From a virus (taxonomy: Duplodnaviria; Caudoviricetes): 46,372 nt of DNA. A model generated the notes under the pieces. It did not search any database, was not told where the DNA came from, and saw nothing but the letters and a program-made list of their open reading frames with translations. The stretch lies in the IMG/VR virus record IMGVR_UViG_3300027887_000019, positions 1 to 46,372 of that record; one strand, given 5' to 3'. The position numbers were made by a program, and so were the translations under genes. Within the stretch, counting starts at the first letter, position 1, and every line of letters starts with the position of its first letter. Shown here one piece after another: positions 17,167 through 27,740 of this stretch.

Positions 17167-19846
17167 TATTACCTCTATGGAAATATGTCCCAATCCCTAA
17201 CGCAAACGGTAACATCGCCCGAAACATTGCGGCCGCTTTTTTCGCAGGAGCTTTTGCAAGACCTAAAATTATAGCATGAATAAGTGAGGCATCTATACCT
17301 GCATATTCCTCTTGTAGACCTGTTATTTCGTCAAAATTCGTAGTCATACTAGGTACTTTCTTTAATGCAGCATACTTCATATCAGTCGCTGCTTGCATAA
17401 GCCCATTCATGTACTTTAATGGTATTGGGTATCCTTGTGCAGCATTTTCATCTATCATATCTGTAAGTGCTCTTGCATATGGCATGCGTTCGAAGAAATA
17501 AGGCACACGTCGATATGGGTTATAAAAACCCTCATTCATAACTCGTTGGCCTGCATGAGTCACTTCGTGTAACATAAGCTCGGCCGTACATGCCCGTATA
17601 GCCGCATTTCGAGCAGCCGTATTCGACATGTCTGCACGCATGAGTAAATCGGCTAATTTATCTAAGAACACCGGCATATTTATATTAATCTCCCTATCAG
17701 GACGCACATACTGTCCAATAACCTCTAGGGTTGGATTGGAGATTAATTTTACAGTAGGAACATTTTGGGCCGCAGGAAAGCGTTCGAATACCCATTTAAC
17801 GGCCTGTAACATTGACTTGAAATATGGGTGATCTTTATAAGTACCCCAAATCGGTTCACTTCTCGCGGTGTCTATAAATTTCTCATATGCCTCAGGTTTA
17901 GCTGTAAAAATACCAGGGGGAAATACCCATTCGGTATGTTCTTCGAACATATTTCCGGGTAATCTACCTACAGCTTGTGACATCCCCGATATTGTGTTAC
18001 TCAACACCGTTCTATGGGATTGTAATGAGTTAACAACATCAGGTTCATGTAATATCGGAGTATATGTCTTTTGTACAAGAGCATTTGTATGCTCTGGTTC
18101 CCAAACGCCAAACCAGTTCTTCGACCCTAAAGTCGCGGTTTGGGGAATTGTGAAATTTATATCCGAAGGTTCTATAGGAAAAACAATTTCCGGCTTAATT
18201 ACCTCCGGCTCAAACGGCGGCCCGCCAAGTGCGTTTATTTTATTCCTCGCCTCGAATCTTGCACGAGTGCCTTTAAGCAAATCAATACCTTTAGGTAATG
18301 GGAATTTAATCGGCGTGGTTCCACCGCCGCCAAACCACGGCGTTGTTTGAACTAATTCCCTAAATGCCGGTGTCGGTTCTTCAACCATTTTTGCGGTTGA
18401 ATGTAATTCTAATGGTGACGGTTGCGTGGGATCACCAACAAACGTCATGCCGCCACGTAAAGTCGCGGGTTGCTGCTGACGATATTGCAATGGTAATTGT
18501 TCTTCAGTGATTCGCTCGGAGAAGATAGTCGTTGCTGGCCGTTGAGGATTTGTGGTTAAAAGATCATCTATCGAACTCGACACACTACCTTTTAAACCTG
18601 TCTTTATACCAAGTTGTTCTTTTGTAAAAAGTGGAATCTGCTCCCCTGGATTCGCGCCTTCTACAACTAAATTAGGATGCTGCATAAACGGAAACTCACC
18701 TTGCGTCTCGTATGCTTGCGCAAATGGCGACGGCCGCTGAGTTCCAACATCTCGCATAAAAGAAAATTCCCCTTGAGTTCCAGATGGGGCAGTACGATCT
18801 AAGCTCTCTGCCCCTGCCCCCATTACCCAATCATCCGGCGCATTATTTGCCCGCTCTGCGGCGTCTCTAGAAAGCGACGACGTAAACCACTTCTGTGCAG
18901 ATGCACCTAATCCCGCTTTCTTAGCCTTTTTAAATATCATCCCAACGGTTTCATCCGGTTCAAGTTTATACCCCTGCTTCTCCAGATATTGAACCGCATT
19001 TGAAACCGCTGGAGTGCCAAGCCAGCGAGTTATAGGATTACTAAATATCGACTGAATAACGGGATTCTTAACTTCCTTATTCGCAATCTTCTCAAACATC
19101 CCCGTTACGGCCCGATTGCGGAAAATCGTTGGGATTATCAATCCCGCCGCGCCAGAAGCGAATAAAGCATTAACAGCAGTATCCTTTGTATCATGCCCAG
19201 TTAATAACCCAGCTCCACCCACTTCCACGCCTGGTGCAAGAACCCTTCCTGCCCAATTAGCGATACCTAATCCAGTTTTTAAGGCATTCGCTGACACTAG
19301 ATCAACGGGCTTTCCTTCAGCCAAGGCCCACATTAAGCTATTCCCAAGTTTTGCACCTTTCCAAAATGACCCACCAACTTTAGCGGCTTGGGCACCCATA
19401 GATAAAGGCACAGAAACATGCGCCGTAAGCCGACTAAGTAACGGAGCGGTATTCATTCCCATTAAACTTGCGGCAATCCACGGCACCGTGCTACTCGCGG
19501 ATCTTACAGAAAACAACCCACTTCCGATAGTCGGCGTGTCTCTTTGTTCTTTCTCGATAATATCCCGAATCCCCGCATATGTCTTTTGCGTATCTGCATC
19601 CTCGAATGGATTCACCGACCGCAGATATGCATATGCCTTACCCATTTCTGCCGGTGCTCCTAGAGCAAAATCTTGCAGAAATGACGGCATTGAAGTATTC
19701 AATTTCTCCGTAATTCCTGGCGCGATACTTTCATATTCGCGCATTTTGCGCGGATCAGCCCCAAGGGCTTTTACCGCATCGCCAATTTCCGTTCCCGTTA
19801 GTTTTGCGTAACGAGAAATAAATTGCTCAGGAGTAAGTATAGGCAT
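17150..19846 (-). CDS. Internal virion/ejection protein with C-terminal zincin (HExxH) metallopeptidase
   Basis: Gly/Ala-rich hydrophobic N-half; GQY...ININ...LMLHEVTHAGQ. Confidence 0.7.
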   Translation of the reverse strand: MPILTPEQFISRYAKLTGTEIGDAVKALGADPRKMREYESIAPGITEKLNTSMPSFLQDFALGAPAEMGKAYAYLRSVNPFEDADTQKTYAGIRDIIEKEQRDTPTIGSGLFSVRSASSTVPWIAASLMGMNTAPLLSRLTAHVSVPLSMGAQAAKVGGSFWKGAKLGNSLMWALAEGKPVDLVSANALKTGLGIANWAGRVLAPGVEVGGAGLLTGHDTKDTAVNALFASGAAGLIIPTIFRNRAVTGMFEKIANKEVKNPVIQSIFSNPITRWLGTPAVSNAVQYLEKQGYKLEPDETVGMIFKKAKKAGLGASAQKWFTSSLSRDAAERANNAPDDWVMGAGAESLDRTAPSGTQGEFSFMRDVGTQRPSPFAQAYETQGEFPFMQHPNLVVEGANPGEQIPLFTKEQLGIKTGLKGSVSSSIDDLLTTNPQRPATTIFSERITEEQLPLQYRQQQPATLRGGMTFVGDPTQPSPLELHSTAKMVEEPTPAFRELVQTTPWFGGGGTTPIKFPLPKGIDLLKGTRARFEARNKINALGGPPFEPEVIKPEIVFPIEPSDINFTIPQTATLGSKNWFGVWEPEHTNALVQKTYTPILHEPDVVNSLQSHRTVLSNTISGMSQAVGRLPGNMFEEHTEWVFPPGIFTAKPEAYEKFIDTARSEPIWGTYKDHPYFKSMLQAVKWVFERFPAAQNVPTVKLISNPTLEVIGQYVRPDREININMPVFLDKLADLLMRADMSNTAARNAAIRACTAELMLHEVTHAGQRVMNEGFYNPYRRVPYFFERMPYARALTDMIDENAAQGYPIPLKYMNGLMQAATDMKYAALKKVPSMTTNFDEITGLQEEYAGIDASLIHAIILGLAKAPAKKAAAMFRAMLPFALGIGTYFHRGNNESTK

Positions 19847-19849
19847 AAA

Positions 19850-20908
19850 TCACTTCTGGAACATGGGGGTATAACGCGGATTATTCACTGGCTCATCCGA
19901 CAACCGCGGTCCTTGATCTTGAGGATTATCGCTAATAGCCCCTAACTGTGATCCTAGATCACTATTATACATATTATAATAAAGATCATCGAGCATTTGA
20001 CCAGTTTCAAATGGATCAATATCTTTAATACCTTGTTTCTGTAGTAACTCTCCTGCTGCAATCGCTCGATTATAGTCTAATATTTGCTGTGTTTTTGCAA
20101 GATGCGTAAATTCATCAGGGGATATAGTTGCATTCGCCGCTTGTTTGGCTTTAACTTGTAAACTAATAGCATTTGCGGCGGCACGTGCGCTAATTACTCG
20201 TGGATCAAGTTCTATAACTTTCATACTCGACTGCAAAATCTTTTGTACTTGTTGCCGCTTTTTAAATGCCTTACCCTCCGGCGTTCGTTGTTCGGCCGCG
20301 AGATCTTCCGTGGCTTCATTCTCATTTCGGAGCCGTCGTGCATTCTGTCGTGCATAATCTACTTGACCTATCAACAAATCTCTTTGGTATGCTTGATACT
20401 CAGGATCGCTTTCAATGTCATTTTGAAATTGTTGATGGAGCGTCAAGGCATTTTGATATGCATTTCTAGCAAGCAGCCCTTGGCGTTTAAGTTCAAGATA
20501 CTCTGGACTATTTTCCGCTTGGGCACCCTTAGACAAGGCGTCATAATAAAGGACCTTAGCCTTGGCTTCGTTTACAGCACTTATTGACTGCTGGCGAAGC
20601 ATCTCTAGCGCTTCGGGTGTGGACAAGAATTGCCCTTTGGTTGCAATTGCCTCTCGCGATTTTGTCATTGCCTCGGCCTCACGCCGTTGCAATTGCCCTG
20701 ATTGATATGCCATCAATTCTTGGGCCGTCGGTTCCCGCGTTGAATCACCGAATAATCCATGAACACCAATACCAGAGCTAATATCTGGCGCGCCTGTATA
20801 ACCTAATGCAAGAGCGTCTTTCAAAGTCCCTGATTCAGTTACTTCTTTGGCCGCAGGATACTTATTTCCCAAAGTTGCATATCCAAGAACATCCGTAAGA
20901 GTTGGCAT
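19850..20908 (-). CDS. Ejection (internal virion) protein, coiled-coil
   Basis: Gln/Ala-rich and helical; AAGGAG RBS; position in operon. Confidence 0.6.
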   Translation of the reverse strand: MPTLTDVLGYATLGNKYPAAKEVTESGTLKDALALGYTGAPDISSGIGVHGLFGDSTREPTAQELMAYQSGQLQRREAEAMTKSREAIATKGQFLSTPEALEMLRQQSISAVNEAKAKVLYYDALSKGAQAENSPEYLELKRQGLLARNAYQNALTLHQQFQNDIESDPEYQAYQRDLLIGQVDYARQNARRLRNENEATEDLAAEQRTPEGKAFKKRQQVQKILQSSMKVIELDPRVISARAAANAISLQVKAKQAANATISPDEFTHLAKTQQILDYNRAIAAGELLQKQGIKDIDPFETGQMLDDLYYNMYNSDLGSQLGAISDNPQDQGPRLSDEPVNNPRYTPMFQK

Positions 20909-20920
20909 TGAGATACTCCT

Positions 20921-21469
20921 TTATAGGTAACTTGCGCCCATAGAACCAGCCGCGCCGCCAAGTTCCGCACCGATCATTGCCCCAAGCGGCGTGCCAAAAC
21001 TTCCTACTAAACCACCCAACAACGATCCTGCGCCGGGAAGAATCGACTTTCCAAACATTCCCTGCATAGATTTCTTTTTCATATCAAATGCTTTCTTCGT
21101 ATCCGCAGACGATTGATACGCCGCCGCGATTCCCGGCCCGGATGCATATGCAGAAAACAATTGCGGAATTAATCCCATTTGCCGATTCACGTCGCCGAGA
21201 TACGCAGAGTTATTAATCGACGACTGCAATTGTCGATTATTCCACGCCTGCATATCCGATGGCATGCCTTGAAACATATTCGATCCTAATTGCAATTTCG
21301 GAGAACTCACGCCGAGCATTTTCTGGAGTTCATCTAATTGCGCATTGCGTGTTTCAATTGTCGGCGTCCACCAACTTGTCGAGGCGGGAAGCATATTCTT
21401 CGTCGCAAACGCCGGCATGCCATTCTGACCCGCGAGGAAATATGGAGAAGGATTATTATAAGTCGCCAT
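20921..21469 (-). CDS. Ejection protein with Gly-rich amphipathic C-terminus
   Basis: GSLLGGLVGSFGTPLGAMIGAELGGAAG glycine-zipper-like segment. Confidence 0.6.
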   Translation of the reverse strand: MATYNNPSPYFLAGQNGMPAFATKNMLPASTSWWTPTIETRNAQLDELQKMLGVSSPKLQLGSNMFQGMPSDMQAWNNRQLQSSINNSAYLGDVNRQMGLIPQLFSAYASGPGIAAAYQSSADTKKAFDMKKKSMQGMFGKSILPGAGSLLGGLVGSFGTPLGAMIGAELGGAAGSMGASYL

Positions 21470-21478
21470 TAAAGCACC

Positions 21479-22444
21479 TCACTCGAATGGATTTGTCCAT
21501 AGATTATTTGATCCAGATACTTGTGATGCAGAACCATCCGTTATACCTGTTTGAGACGGACTAAACAACGTATTACCTTGCCTCATCATGCCGCTGATTC
21601 CACTTCCAACATTCCCCAACATCGTCCCGAACAAATTCCCCAACATCCCTTGTTGCATGGCGACCTCTTTTTGCTTTGCAAGCCGATTCTGCATTCCTTG
21701 CTGGCCGTAACCACGCTCGATCATCGTATTTTGGGCCGCGCCAATATCGGTATTTACAAGATTCCCAAGTTGCTCAATCAAGGATTGTTTGAACTGATCT
21801 TGTCCTTGCTGAGCTTTCATTAAAGCATCTTGCAGCATTTGGGAATAAGATCCACGCAAAGCGCCTAACCCTTGCGAAGCAAGACCGCTATTACTCATCC
21901 CGCGGCCTGCAAGACCGCCAAATAGTTGATCGTATCCTCCACGATATTGCTGTTGAATTTGTGGAAGCGAGTTTCCCAACATCGCCGATTGCACACCGAG
22001 GCCGCCAAGAAGACCCAACACTTGCTGCAATCCAGAATTTCGTACATTATACGATGTAGGCATAAGAGTACGAAACAATTCCTTTGTTGTATCCCCACTT
22101 GCCGTCCAACTTGATGTCGGAGATTCACCGAATCTATACGATTGCTGCATGAAATCATTCATAGTTAGATAATCCTCTACTATCCCCGTGCGGGTATTTA
22201 ATCGACGGCCCAAACCCGTATCTAAGTATTCACGTGGATGCCCTGGCAATTTATACTCGCTACTCCAATGACCCTCTAAATTTGGTTTAGCATTTGCTAA
22301 GTACGCAGCACGATAGTCATAGTAATGAGCTTTATCATCTGGATTTGGATTAAGGTGCTGTGCCTTCGCTTTTTGGGCATACCAAGTCTGAAATAACGAT
22401 TCTGTTACTGGATCAAGAAAAGCCGGTAATGCTGTATCAGCCAT
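21479..22444 (-). CDS. Ejection/pilot protein with extra N-terminal globular domain
   Basis: LAGRGMSNSG and Gln-rich helices; N-domain FQTW...YDYRAAY...GHW..EYKLPGHP. Confidence 0.6.
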   Translation of the reverse strand: MADTALPAFLDPVTESLFQTWYAQKAKAQHLNPNPDDKAHYYDYRAAYLANAKPNLEGHWSSEYKLPGHPREYLDTGLGRRLNTRTGIVEDYLTMNDFMQQSYRFGESPTSSWTASGDTTKELFRTLMPTSYNVRNSGLQQVLGLLGGLGVQSAMLGNSLPQIQQQYRGGYDQLFGGLAGRGMSNSGLASQGLGALRGSYSQMLQDALMKAQQGQDQFKQSLIEQLGNLVNTDIGAAQNTMIERGYGQQGMQNRLAKQKEVAMQQGMLGNLFGTMLGNVGSGISGMMRQGNTLFSPSQTGITDGSASQVSGSNNLWTNPFE

Positions 22445-24896
22445 AAACATGCTCTCCAATCACAGTATATTCAACTTGATAACCCGACAACTTCGGCATT
22501 GGCGAATTCGTTAATTCGATTCCATATAAATGCCTGAACTTAATCGTCAAAACTCTCCCAACAAGGCCGATAAAAGTTTCCTCCCGCAATTGTCTATATG
22601 GTGTATAACTCCCTCCATCAACTGCGAATGCTACGGTCCACCGTGAATCAGGCACTCCCTGCAATGTTCTTATCGAAGAATTCCCATCAAGCCTAAGACG
22701 CTTAAAGACTTTTCGATACGGCCGATCGTCACCTGGAATCGCGTTTGTTTCAGCAAGGCTTATAACAGATATTCCAAGGTTGCTTGTAGGAGTGAACAAT
22801 TGATACACATTCCCATTTCCACAACCCGCAAGGACAATTGGAACTCCATTAATCATAGACTCAAATAAACACCTCACTCCCGAAACGCAATTCACATAAG
22901 TGCTATAAGCTGCTTCCCCTTTAAGCAAGCGATACAAGTCCAAGAGCATAATTGTATCACACGCCGAGCCGCCGGAGGAGCCGTACATAAGGAGTAACGT
23001 GTTAGCGTCAGACAAGGCAATTAGTTGTTGGTCAATTAGGTTATCGGAATTATTAATCGTATCTAATAACGCCTTAACAGGCTTGCTAATTATCTGCGGT
23101 CGCTGCTGGTCAATAATCTCAAGCCCATGCATCGTCAAGGCGATTAACGTCCCTCCCACGACCGTCGCTACTCGACACCCACGAATCCCGGTTGTGGCAT
23201 AAACAAGCTGTTTTTCAAAAGTCGCCGGGTCCGTGCCGAGGATTTGATAAACCGCTCGTTGCTGGCCGACAAATAATCGTTGATCGCGGCCTTCAGTAAC
23301 AAGCCCGATTTGTTTACCACTAACAAGCGCCGTGATGCCCGCCGTAGCATCGGACGTGAAGTCAAGATAATTCCCCCATGGAAAGTATTCAAAATCCCCG
23401 GCCCGAGAGAATCTTAATCGCGTTTTATTCTCTGCATCAATAAGCCAAAGAATATTCTGATACATACACCCCCATTCCGATTTCGGGGGAGGATCATTAT
23501 CCCTAGCGACGTTCAATTGTGGATAAGTGCTCAATACCGTATCTGTTAATGGAGAAATTCTTTTATAGTTAATAATCGTCCCTAAAGCCTGTTCAATAGC
23601 TATTGTATCCGTATCAAGATTCCATTTATATTGAACATAAGTAGGTTCATCCGCAATAAGCTCTACAGAGCTTACTCTAAATCCTTTATCACTATTTGTA
23701 TCCGTGCCAACAAATACAAGATCCGCATGAAACGGCCCCATGTTTATGTTTGCTGTTGTCCACGGAGTTTCAATACCCGTAATTGGTTTTACACGAGTTA
23801 CGTAAATAGCATTATCGCCTACATGAGCAATTTGATATAATACCCACCCCGGTGACGGCTGCGCAGAGAAACCGTCAAGTAAAATCCCTGACTCCGCCGC
23901 GGCTATTACATGATGAACCATTTGTGTATCAGTGAGCTTAATTGCTCCTTCATTAGGATAATCGGAATCGCAAACATCATTAGCGGAGCCATTATAGATC
24001 ACTGGAAGCAAATGAAAATCCGCGCTGCCGTCGAGCGATGCCCAAATACGAATATGGGTATACCCACTCCCATAATCCAACGTGGGAAGCTGGTTTCCAG
24101 TTTCCGCCGCATTATGCGTATAAAAGAACAACGCGATTTCTTCAAACGCTCCAGAAGGGCTTGAGACAGAAGTCGTTAATACGCTATTATTTCCTGGTGG
24201 ATTATATACTATATTCTTTGGAACTTCGCAAATCGGTGTTGGTGAAGAATCCTTTTTTGTAATAGGATTATAATATGTATATACATACATTCTTCCATTA
24301 CGTAACTGAACTCCATAATCAAGACGGTCTACATATTCGGCGCAGGCGAAGATAATATGCTCATCCTTTGCCAGGCCGTCAGCAAGCCACTCATCTTGGG
24401 GATTACCAACGCCTATTGATGTAATCTCTGTTCCAGGAACGCTAGGAGCTTCAAGATATTTCACAGGCCGATGATTCGGGCCGCGGGTTATGATAAGATA
24501 ATTCACTAATTCATCTTTATCATAACCCGACACCACGACCATATACGGCGGCTTTAGATTAGTGGGAACTGCATCACCCAAGGCCGTAAAGATGTTTCCC
24601 AAAATTGTATGATTCGTAATATCAAGCAAATTCCCGTCTTCATTTACAGCGATAACTTTGCTTGTTCCTGTTGCGTTGCGTTTATAGTCAATTAATCCTA
24701 AAATCGCTCTATTCGATGTCGTGCCAAAGATTTGCGTCGCACCATACATTTTACGTATAGTATTCTCTTCTACAAGATCAAAATTCTCCAGAGTCTTAAA
24801 CGTCCCCAACGGCCGCGACAACTCGCCTTTAGACACATCTATTCCTGCAAGTGAATCCACTTGCAACCATTTAGATAATGGTTGAGGTAGCGGCAT
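22437..24896 (-). CDS. Tail nozzle/tubular protein B (P22 gp10-like DNA stabilisation protein)
   Basis: 819 aa, beta-propeller-like (RLRFSRAGDFEYFP, ITAL, TGIRG, ISKPV), C-terminal RKVFKRLRL. Confidence 0.75.
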   Translation of the reverse strand: MPLPQPLSKWLQVDSLAGIDVSKGELSRPLGTFKTLENFDLVEENTIRKMYGATQIFGTTSNRAILGLIDYKRNATGTSKVIAVNEDGNLLDITNHTILGNIFTALGDAVPTNLKPPYMVVVSGYDKDELVNYLIITRGPNHRPVKYLEAPSVPGTEITSIGVGNPQDEWLADGLAKDEHIIFACAEYVDRLDYGVQLRNGRMYVYTYYNPITKKDSSPTPICEVPKNIVYNPPGNNSVLTTSVSSPSGAFEEIALFFYTHNAAETGNQLPTLDYGSGYTHIRIWASLDGSADFHLLPVIYNGSANDVCDSDYPNEGAIKLTDTQMVHHVIAAAESGILLDGFSAQPSPGWVLYQIAHVGDNAIYVTRVKPITGIETPWTTANINMGPFHADLVFVGTDTNSDKGFRVSSVELIADEPTYVQYKWNLDTDTIAIEQALGTIINYKRISPLTDTVLSTYPQLNVARDNDPPPKSEWGCMYQNILWLIDAENKTRLRFSRAGDFEYFPWGNYLDFTSDATAGITALVSGKQIGLVTEGRDQRLFVGQQRAVYQILGTDPATFEKQLVYATTGIRGCRVATVVGGTLIALTMHGLEIIDQQRPQIISKPVKALLDTINNSDNLIDQQLIALSDANTLLLMYGSSGGSACDTIMLLDLYRLLKGEAAYSTYVNCVSGVRCLFESMINGVPIVLAGCGNGNVYQLFTPTSNLGISVISLAETNAIPGDDRPYRKVFKRLRLDGNSSIRTLQGVPDSRWTVAFAVDGGSYTPYRQLREETFIGLVGRVLTIKFRHLYGIELTNSPMPKLSGYQVEYTVIGEHVYG

Positions 24897-24899
24897 GAC

Positions 24900-26321
24900 T
24901 CAGCCTCCACAATTACATTCCCCGATAGAATTTGGATCATCAGCACAAATATCGAGGTAGCCACTACTATTAATACACACAAGCTTATTTGTGCTACCTG
25001 CAATTCCTTCGACTTTAATACCTGAACTTGTAGATCGCATAGTAGCAGAGCCGTTAGATAATAGTGTTATCTCCCCATCTAAATGACTACCTATCCCCGT
25101 TGTTGTATCACCGGAAAAGCCATAAGTAATATACCCATCGTGACCGAGTGTTTGACGGCCGTAAAATGCACCGGTAGGGGCAATCGAAAACGTTGCAACA
25201 CCCCCCACTGTACCTGTGATAGCAGTACCATTTGAATCAGCTTCGGAATTAAGTTGCAACAACGCCGCGGAACTATTACCGCCGATATTATTCACATATA
25301 CAACTGGATCAGTTATATCCGCGGCGCTTTGCTGAATACTAAGTGCCGTTGCGCCGCCGTTAGAACCGATATACATAGGGGGAGTTATATCCGACGAAAC
25401 GGCGTTCAATACTCCCGGCGTCCAGACCGTAGTCGCGCCGCCGACCGTCACTCGGTCAAGTACAGTACTCGCATTAAGTAACGGAGTTGCGGCGTCATTT
25501 TTAAGGATAGTAAAATAACTATTCCCACCAGTATAATTAGTAACGATATTCTTGTCAAAAGTAGTCAAAGTTCCAGTAAAACGCTTACTACCGCTAATAC
25601 TCTGTGAACTATTCGTTACAAGTCCACGAGTCACATTAGGATCAGCGCTAGGAATATTCAAAGTATGAACTCCACTAGCAGCAACCCAATCGGGCGACGT
25701 GCCACTACTTCCAATATTAAATGTCTGTGCACTATCCGTCTGGCCGTCAATTGACGTAATACCACTTGTACCGCCAATTGATAGCCACTCAGCGTTACCT
25801 GTATTTACGGCCGTTGCGATATACGCCGTGTAATGTGTGCGATCAATCCACATTGATCCAGGAACATAGCCCTCAGTTGTATCGTTATTTGGATCAGGCG
25901 CGGCATTCGCGTTTAGGTTCGATTTTATAACCGAATATGTTCCCGCACTCGCGACGTACATGTAGCCGGGAAAAACTGTAAAATCATTATCCACAACTGC
26001 ACTCGTGGCCGTTGTAGGAATCGTTACGATAAACGATTGTGTAACCCCGCCGCCACTAACAGTTACGGTATAATCCCCTGGCGCGGCATAAAACTGCATT
26101 ACCCCAAACGGCCCGAGGGTATTTGGATAAACTGTCGTTCCTGTAGAATTTGCATAAACATCCGCAGGTTGACCCGCCGAGGTTAGCACACTAACCGATG
26201 CATTAGGAATCGGCCTGCCTTGCGGTCCTCGAACGATCACCGGAGAACATGGATAAAACGTTGTTGCAAAACATGCCGTTGCTACAGACAAACAAACCAA
26301 CAACACAAAAATCTTTCTCAT
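24900..26321 (-). CDS. Tail fibre/spike protein with N-terminal signal peptide
   Basis: MRKIFVLLVCLSVATACFA; virion-attachment-like GRPIPNASVSV...FYAAPGDYTV; fibre motif DTTEGYVPGSMWID. Confidence 0.75.
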   Translation of the reverse strand: MRKIFVLLVCLSVATACFATTFYPCSPVIVRGPQGRPIPNASVSVLTSAGQPADVYANSTGTTVYPNTLGPFGVMQFYAAPGDYTVTVSGGGVTQSFIVTIPTTATSAVVDNDFTVFPGYMYVASAGTYSVIKSNLNANAAPDPNNDTTEGYVPGSMWIDRTHYTAYIATAVNTGNAEWLSIGGTSGITSIDGQTDSAQTFNIGSSGTSPDWVAASGVHTLNIPSADPNVTRGLVTNSSQSISGSKRFTGTLTTFDKNIVTNYTGGNSYFTILKNDAATPLLNASTVLDRVTVGGATTVWTPGVLNAVSSDITPPMYIGSNGGATALSIQQSAADITDPVVYVNNIGGNSSAALLQLNSEADSNGTAITGTVGGVATFSIAPTGAFYGRQTLGHDGYITYGFSGDTTTGIGSHLDGEITLLSNGSATMRSTSSGIKVEGIAGSTNKLVCINSSGYLDICADDPNSIGECNCGG

Positions 26322-27079
26322 CGTATCACTCCTTTATCATAGTACACAAGGGGTTTTGCAGGCCGCAACTGTACCGACTTCGGTGTAAATACACCACGAA
26401 TAGCATACAATAATCTCTCCTCCATCGCTTGCAATGATGTACGTAATTCTGAGGAATCTAAATGCAATTTACTAACCATAAGATCAATTGCGGCATCGTA
26501 TATAATCACCTCTTGCAATACTCTTGCAAGTTGTGTTTCAAGAACAGCGTCATCACTAAGAAGTGGATTAAGCCATTTAACATAATCCACTAAGATTCCC
26601 CCAGGATTATCCTCTTCAGGTACCCAATTTAACACAATCATATTAAGCCGTAGCTTATATGTTGGTACATCCATCGAGTCCTTACGGACATTTTCATAAT
26701 CATCCACCAGAACCATCGCAACGCGATCATTTGGCGGCACCGTTGTATACGTTGTCGTGGGATCTTTGTAATAAAGTCCCCGAACAAACAACACGTCTTC
26801 TGGTAATTCATATTCCACAACATCGGTCATTACATCAATAAACGCCTCATCCGCAAGAATCGAGTCGTCATTGATACCAAGATCAATGCAGCGTTTAACA
26901 ATCGCGGTGTTAATCACCGCATTTAAATCTTCATTACTAATCAATGGATCAAGTTGCGTCGTGGCCGTTTCGTTGCCATTAACATCAATCGTCGTACGAA
27001 GACCGTGGAGTTTTCTTCGAACTCGCGCACGAAGACCATAAAGCGTAAATCGCCCATAATCGTCAATTTCGGCCGTCAT
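26318..27079 (-). CDS. Head-tail adaptor (tail tubular protein A-like)
   Basis: LRARVRRKL...LNAVIN...EYELPED...VIIYDAA. Confidence 0.7.
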   Translation of the reverse strand: MTAEIDDYGRFTLYGLRARVRRKLHGLRTTIDVNGNETATTQLDPLISNEDLNAVINTAIVKRCIDLGINDDSILADEAFIDVMTDVVEYELPEDVLFVRGLYYKDPTTTYTTVPPNDRVAMVLVDDYENVRKDSMDVPTYKLRLNMIVLNWVPEEDNPGGILVDYVKWLNPLLSDDAVLETQLARVLQEVIIYDAAIDLMVSKLHLDSSELRTSLQAMEERLLYAIRGVFTPKSVQLRPAKPLVYYDKGVIR

Positions 27080-27468
27080 AATCCTTGCTCCACAAATTCG
27101 GAATACCAAACTGTTACATTACGGACCCAGTTAGAGTTAAGGTTTTGTGGATCGTTCTTCGCGCCAATTGGTGCCCATCGAGAGGCAAATTTTGCAATGA
27201 ATTGCGGAGAATACACAAGCCGCCGAAATCCCAAGGCGCATTTTCCCGCAACAAAAGGATTTACAGTATACGTCAAAAGTAGCGTCCGAATTGTTTTGCA
27301 TGTTACGTCTAATTGAGATTTATATGTATTAACCCCCGCTAACAGCACGCCGAACTCTTTTCCAGGTTTCCCATTTTCGGCTTTCCTAATCGCGCCGATA
27401 AATCGAGGGTCAATACCATACTCACTCGCCGCCTGAGTGATTAACTCCGCTTCTTCTTCCCATGTCAT
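27076..27468 (-). CDS. Endolysin, lysozyme-like fold (SLT/glucosaminidase-like)
   Basis: AASEYGIDPRFIGAIRKAENG; WAPIGAKNDPQNLNSNWVRNV. Confidence 0.75.
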   Translation of the reverse strand: MTWEEEAELITQAASEYGIDPRFIGAIRKAENGKPGKEFGVLLAGVNTYKSQLDVTCKTIRTLLLTYTVNPFVAGKCALGFRRLVYSPQFIAKFASRWAPIGAKNDPQNLNSNWVRNVTVWYSEFVEQGL

Positions 27469-27740
27469 TTTGAAAAAATCCCGGTAACATTCGCCAGGGA
27501 AACAACGTTATCAATCACAAATCCAAGTAACGGCTTGATATCAATAAAATTAACCCCTTTAGTTTCTTTAATTCCCGCATCCGTTGCAAGGAATCCCCAA
27601 ATCCCAGCGAGAAAATTCATCACTTGCTCTTTCTTTTGCTCGCCGTTACCACTTCCTACCATGTTTTCAACCATCTGTACTAGGGCCTGAATGACAGGAA
27701 CCAAGGCCGCCACCAAGCGAATTATCTTTATGAAATCCAT
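27465..27740 (-). CDS. Putative holin (LL-H-like)
   Basis: Hydrophobic N-terminus, G.GEQKK motif; adjacent to the endolysin. Confidence 0.55.
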   Translation of the reverse strand: MDFIKIIRLVAALVPVIQALVQMVENMVGSGNGEQKKEQVMNFLAGIWGFLATDAGIKETKGVNFIDIKPLLGFVIDNVVSLANVTGIFSK

